This document shows, piece after piece, positions 61,697-64,000 of a stretch of 64,000 nt of DNA (its first letter is position 1; each line of letters begins with the position of its first letter). Position numbers and translations under genes: made by a program. This DNA comes from the human T2T-CHM13v2.0 reference genome, Homo sapiens. The DNA is taken from assembly GCF_009914755.1 (NCBI RefSeq), contig NC_060926.1; one strand, written 5' to 3'. A model generated the notes under the pieces. The model was not told where the DNA came from. It saw only the letters and a program-made list of their open reading frames with translations, and ran no database searches.

Positions 61697-61753
61697 CAAT
61701 GACATGATTTGAAATATTTATTCAATAAAATATTATTTCAAATCATGTCATTG
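61697..61753. repeat. Perfect 20-bp inverted repeat with 17-nt spacer
   Basis: caatgacatgatttgaaata (61697-61716) pairs with tatttcaaatcatgtcattg (61734-61753). Confidence 0.9.
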
Positions 61754-61822
61754 AATAAGCAGTGTTTAGTGAATATGTAAATTTTGTTCTCACTCTTTGG
61801 GAGATTTAAAAGCCCATTTAAG

Positions 61823-62103
61823 GGCTGGGTGCAGTGGCTCACACCTGTAATCCCAGCAATTTGGGAGGCCTAGATAGAAGGATCACTTGAGGCCAGGAGT
61901 TGACCATTCTGGCCAACATAGCGACACCCCCATCGCCACAAAAAATGAAAAAATCAGCCCTGCATGGTGATGCATGCCTATAGTCTTAGCTACTAAGGAG
62001 GCTGAGATGGGAGGATTGTTTGAGCCCAGGAGTTCAAGGTTGCAGTGAGCAATGACCACACCACTGCATTCCAATGTAGGTGAGATCTTGTCTCAAAACA
62101 AAA
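61823..62103 (+). mobile_element. AluJ element
   Basis: Diverged dimer; TSD aaaa(g/t)cccatttaa. Confidence 0.88.
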
Positions 62104-64000
62104 TCCCATTTAAAATAATCCTACTCTGAGGGCCTCATCCAGAATTTAGAAGATCTGCCTCTCACTTTCATATAACATAACTTTAGAACAGTTATAAGAA
62201 ATTAGGCTAGTCATCCACATTTAACTACCAGGAACATATCTGTTTAGGGAGAAAAGAAACATTTCTTTTATAAGTATAGAACTGTGATGGTAAATTTTAA
62301 AAATGCTCCTGAGTTTAATTTCAGAGAAGTACTTCTCGGCATCATTTTGTAGTTCTGGGTACTAGTTTACACTTCACTGCTTCTCCTTTGAAAGTTTCTG
62401 TGCCCTCACATCTTATAGACTAGTACACTAGTGCACTAACTGAAGGCCACTTTTGGCACTTAATTAGCACACACCAAAAACACAAGGGGCAAACTGGGTA
62501 TATAAACTGAGAAACAAAGACTTTACAACAGGTTTTGAACTTAATTTCATTTTTCCTTTGCTTTTATTAAATTTTTATCTTTCAGGTTCCACCTGAAATG
62601 CCAGTAATGATCATCCATCTATATACCTTGCAAATATTGGTCTTGGTTTTATGGCAAAAAAGATAAATGTTTCAGTTATTAAATGAATTGTATAGAGCCA
62701 GCTAGGCTAAATAAGCTTTTCATGGAAAATACGGAGATCCTAACTGTGGACTCATCATTCGGATAAATGAATATTGGAATAAGTCTTCAAAATAAAGTTC
62801 TGGAAGTCACATCACCTAACTGATTAGCAAGGAGTCAATAGAGGATACAATGATTTGGAAAAGTAAATACTCTCGCAAAGATGGCACAGGCAGATTCAGT
62901 CCTTTTCAGCCACTAACAATTTAAAACAATTCTATTGAAGCAGCAAGTGAACTCCTCTACTTCTGCAAACTTTTCTCCATCTCTTCTTCCACCTGCTTTT
63001 GTCATGGTTTTTTTCTGCTCCTCCCTGAAGTCACAATTCATAAAAGCAGAACTACAGCTCCAGTGAAGGCCCCTTTGCAAAGCTTTCCATGTTGTTACGT
63101 TGAACTGCTTTGCAACGACTGCTTCTTACCTTCTGAGGGAGGTTTCACTTGTCTGTTAAAGATATACCTTTTTCTCTTTTAAAAATCTGACAATATGTAA
63201 ATCTAAACCTGAAACACAATCTTCATGGCAATATTTAAAGAAAATGCTTTTAAAACCATTTCCTTTTTTTCTAGCACTTGGGGTCAGTCCCTTCGAACTA
63301 TTACTGGAGAAGATGGCTTCTGTTAGGCATCAGCTTCCTTCCTATTCCATTTTCCACTGAATCTTCAAAAGCCTTGTGCAGTCTATCAAAATGCAAAGAA
63401 CCTTCTTGGTGACTCTGACAACTCCAGGGTTCCCTCCTGTAGGGACACTACTCCACTAAGACTGGTGGTCACTTCTCAGAAACATCTCCCATCCCCAGCT
63501 CCCTACACAACACACATTGCCTCTACGCATCGACTATGTATTTATTCCTGTCTATAAGCCATCCATCATTCTTGAGAAGTTCCCACTCTTCTCAAGGCAC
63601 TGAGCACACTTCTAGCTTCCACAGAAAATTTCAATGAATGTTAGAAATTGCACAGACCTTTCTTGCCCCCAGGAACCAGCCTGGTGACAGGAAAAGTCCT
63701 GGACTAGGAGTTTGAAGATCTTGTACACATTAATTACTTAACCATGATAAATCTATGACTTTTTAGTTTCTTAATTGACTGGTCACGGATTTAGGATCAG
63801 CACCAGTTCTCGTCAAAAGAGCACAGGGTTGTTGAGTTAGGTGATTTCAGGGCTAGCTCGTCAGCCACAGCGAGCAGGGAGGCCGAATCAGACCCTCTGC
63901 ACTGGGCCTGCTTCGACACCTGGCAAAAAAAGGAACTTGGACTCAAAGATTTCAAGAGCCCCTCCCTAGAGCTAAGAGTCTATGAAACAGTGATTACACT

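Overview
Primate (very likely human) genomic DNA containing the complete SERTAD2 (TRIP-Br2) gene on the minus strand. It has a CpG-island promoter (~58.6-60.2 kb), a non-coding exon 1 ending at 59057, a 16.7-kb intron, and one large terminal exon carrying the 314-aa CDS (41365-42309) and a ~4.3-kb 3'UTR. The left 36 kb is repeat-rich (Alu, L1, L2, MLT1, MER30, MER58A, MER5) and holds an orphan CpG island (~14.5-15.3 kb) plus splice and promoter signals for a probable plus-strand spliced lncRNA (~12.3-22 kb). No prokaryotic-type system or second credible protein-coding gene is visible. The most interesting signals are regulatory: (i) splicing creates an AUG-UGA start-stop element 3 nt before the SERTAD2 start codon, the last of four uORFs; (ii) an intronic tandem CACGTG-N7-CACGTG element; (iii) proximal and distal poly(A) signals bracketing a miRNA/ARE/Pumilio-rich UTR; (iv) an AP-1 plus perfect NF-kB pair upstream of the candidate lncRNA; (v) a 20-bp perfect inverted repeat with a template-switch signature. 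Repeat subfamily calls and boundaries were made by eye and are approximate.
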